This document shows positions 62,101-64,000 of a stretch of 64,000 nt of DNA, in pieces. The DNA comes from Negaprion brevirostris (taxonomy: Eukaryota): NCBI GenBank assembly GCA_030324005.1, contig JARDVH010000031.1, forward strand, positions 70,846,954 through 70,910,953, given 5' to 3'. The notes under the pieces were generated by a model that had not been told where the DNA came from, ran no database searches, and saw only the letters and a program-made list of their open reading frames with translations. Position 1 is the stretch's first letter; the number at the start of each line of letters is the position of its first letter. The position numbers and the translations under genes are program-made.

Positions 62101-62559
62101 NNNNNNNNNNNNNNNNNNNNNNNNNNNNNNNNNNNNNNNNNNNNNNNNNNNNNNNNNNNNNNNNNNNNNNNNNNNNNNNNNNNNNNNNNNNNNNNNNNNN
62201 NNNNNNNNNNNNNNNNNNNNNNNNNNNNNNNNNNNNNNNNNNNNNNNNNNNNNNNNNNNNNNNNNNNNNNNNNNNNNNNNNNNNNNNNNNNNNNNNNNNN
62301 NNNNNNNNNNNNNNNNNNNNNNNNNNNNNNNNNNNNNNNNNNNNNNNNNNNNNNNNNNNNNNNNNNNNNNNNNCATCTCCCTGCTGTCCCCTCCCACCCC
62401 CCTCCCCTTCTCTCCTGCCCCCACTTCTCCTTACATCAGGAAATAAAACTTTTGAGATAAGAATTTATCATCTTGCAGCTATTAAGATATTCTTGAAATT
62501 ACTGGCCACCGGAACAAACACATTCTCAACCGTCGCAACACATATACACGCGCAGAAGT

Positions 62560-63094
62560 ATGCACACACACACACATGCATTCAAACATACATAGAAACA
62601 CATGAATGCACACACACCAAAACACATGCATATATGTACACACACATGCACTCAAACATACACAGAAACTCATGTACGCACAAGCTCGCACCAAAATGCA
62701 CATGCAAACATGCATACACACATGTGCACTCGAACATACACAGAAACTCATGAATGCACACACACCAAAACACAAATACATGCACGCACACATGCACTCA
62801 AACATATACAGAAACACATGTATGCACAAGCACACACCAAAACACATATGCAAACATGCATACACGCATCTGCGCTCAAACATACACAGAAACACATGTA
62901 TGCATATGCACCAAAACACATATACACACACAAGCACACATGTACCAAACATTCAGAGAAACAATTTTATGCACAAGCACACACTAAAACACAATGCAAA
63001 CGTGCATACAAAAACATGCACTCAAACATTCACAGAAACACATGTATGCACAAGCACACACCAAAACACATATGTACACACACACAGATATGTG
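62560..63094. repeat. CA-rich minisatellite with alternating ~69/~78-bp units (~147-bp higher-order dimer)
   Basis: Anchor ctcaaacat-like at 62581, 62651, 62729, 62797, 62875, 62944 and 63021. Confidence 0.85.
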
Positions 63095-64000
63095 TTTAGG
63101 ATTGAATTTGCTGACAAGTTGTGGCAGATTAACGTCAAATGAAGCACCTGCTACTTGCCCAGACTCTGGGAGAGGAAAAAAAAGGCATCTAAATCAACAC
63201 AGGGAATGAGCTGGCTGACACTGTGTATAAAATCAGAGCTTTTTATGTGGAATCTTCATTTCATCCAGACTCTCTGCGCCTGTTCATCGATATATTATCA
63301 TTGCCAAAGTGGACAACTTTACCAAACAATACCATGTTTGGCTGCTCTCAGTTCTCTGAAGGATTGAAAAAATTGACCCCAAAGCGCATTCTTCATTTAA
63401 CAATATGAAAGGAAGATTTTTTTGAGATGCATCAAGATAGAGAAAAAAGACTGCCTGGATGTTGCCATCTGAAGTTTTTGAAAGGTAGCTTCACAAAAGC
63501 TACTTTGCTTTCTTCGCAGGAGGCATAAATACTTTTTTTTCTCTCTTTATAAACGGGTGGGAGTCTCGGCTGAAGAAATATCGTGAAAGATAATCGAACA
63601 TTCTGTTATAGGCAACAAAGGGGAGGAAAAAAGAAATTAAAGAGAGAAAAAAAGTAAAGTCCACTTTTATTCTTTGCTGTGGGTGTGATATATATGCTCT
63701 GAGCACTGCAAACCATTAGCCACATTGGATTTTCTGTGATACTCTCCCAAGATTTAAACAAAGGGAAACAATTTTTACTCCTCAAACAAAGAATTCCCCT
63801 GAACGGGACCCCCTGCCCAGCAGGTCACCTATCTTTGCGACAGTTTTCCTTTTCCCACGCTAACCCCAGGGCTCGTTTGCATAAGGACTCTGTTGTGACA
63901 ATTAGTTTCAGGTGAGCTGATTTCTATGAATCTGAGCTCAAGACATTGCAGCTACTCCAGGCCTCCCTGATGCCTTTCCTAATTGCGACTGACTGGCACC

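Larger units (their letters stand above)
5677..64000 (-). other. ZEB2: ZEB2 large intron upstream of the exon (intron 2 by human numbering); the start-codon exon lies beyond the window
   Basis: No MKQ..ADGPRCKRRKQANPRRKN-type exon was seen in the window (it could be hidden in a gap). This intron is known to be tens of kb in vertebrates. Confidence 0.8.

Noticed and set aside
62482-63209. Several overlapping long ORFs; also a possible CRISPR-like repeat-spacer look
   Set aside because: Translations of a CA-rich minisatellite. The units are wholly repetitive with no unique spacers, and the DNA is vertebrate.

Overview
Vertebrate genomic DNA from a gapped short-read assembly (about 21 N-gaps). 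The repeat content (HE1/V-SINEs, a SacSINE1-like DeuSINE, shark-type CR1 and Penelope elements) points to a shark or other elasmobranch. The only secure host coding sequence is one 258-nt exon on the minus strand (5419-5676). It corresponds to exon 3 of human ZEB2 (SIP1/ZFHX1B), so nearly the whole window is the large upstream intron (5677-64000) plus part of the next intron (1-5418). The introns hold many decayed TEs: two HE1-like SINE subfamilies with different tails, other tRNA-SINEs, CR1/L2 3' ends, Penelope remnants with degenerate hammerhead ribozymes, PIF/Harbinger MITEs and a Harbinger Myb/SANT pseudogene. Between them are TE-poor, motif-dense blocks that look like conserved enhancers. 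The most interesting signals are several unannotated exon-like units in the ZEB2 sense whose phase fits exon 3: a 111-nt stop-free cassette with three RBFOX motifs 98 nt upstream of exon 3, a 153-nt poison-like cassette, and a possible alternative first coding exon. These are sequence-only hypotheses. TE family names are from memory of consensus sequences, not from database searches, and TE boundaries are approximate. No prokaryotic features are present.
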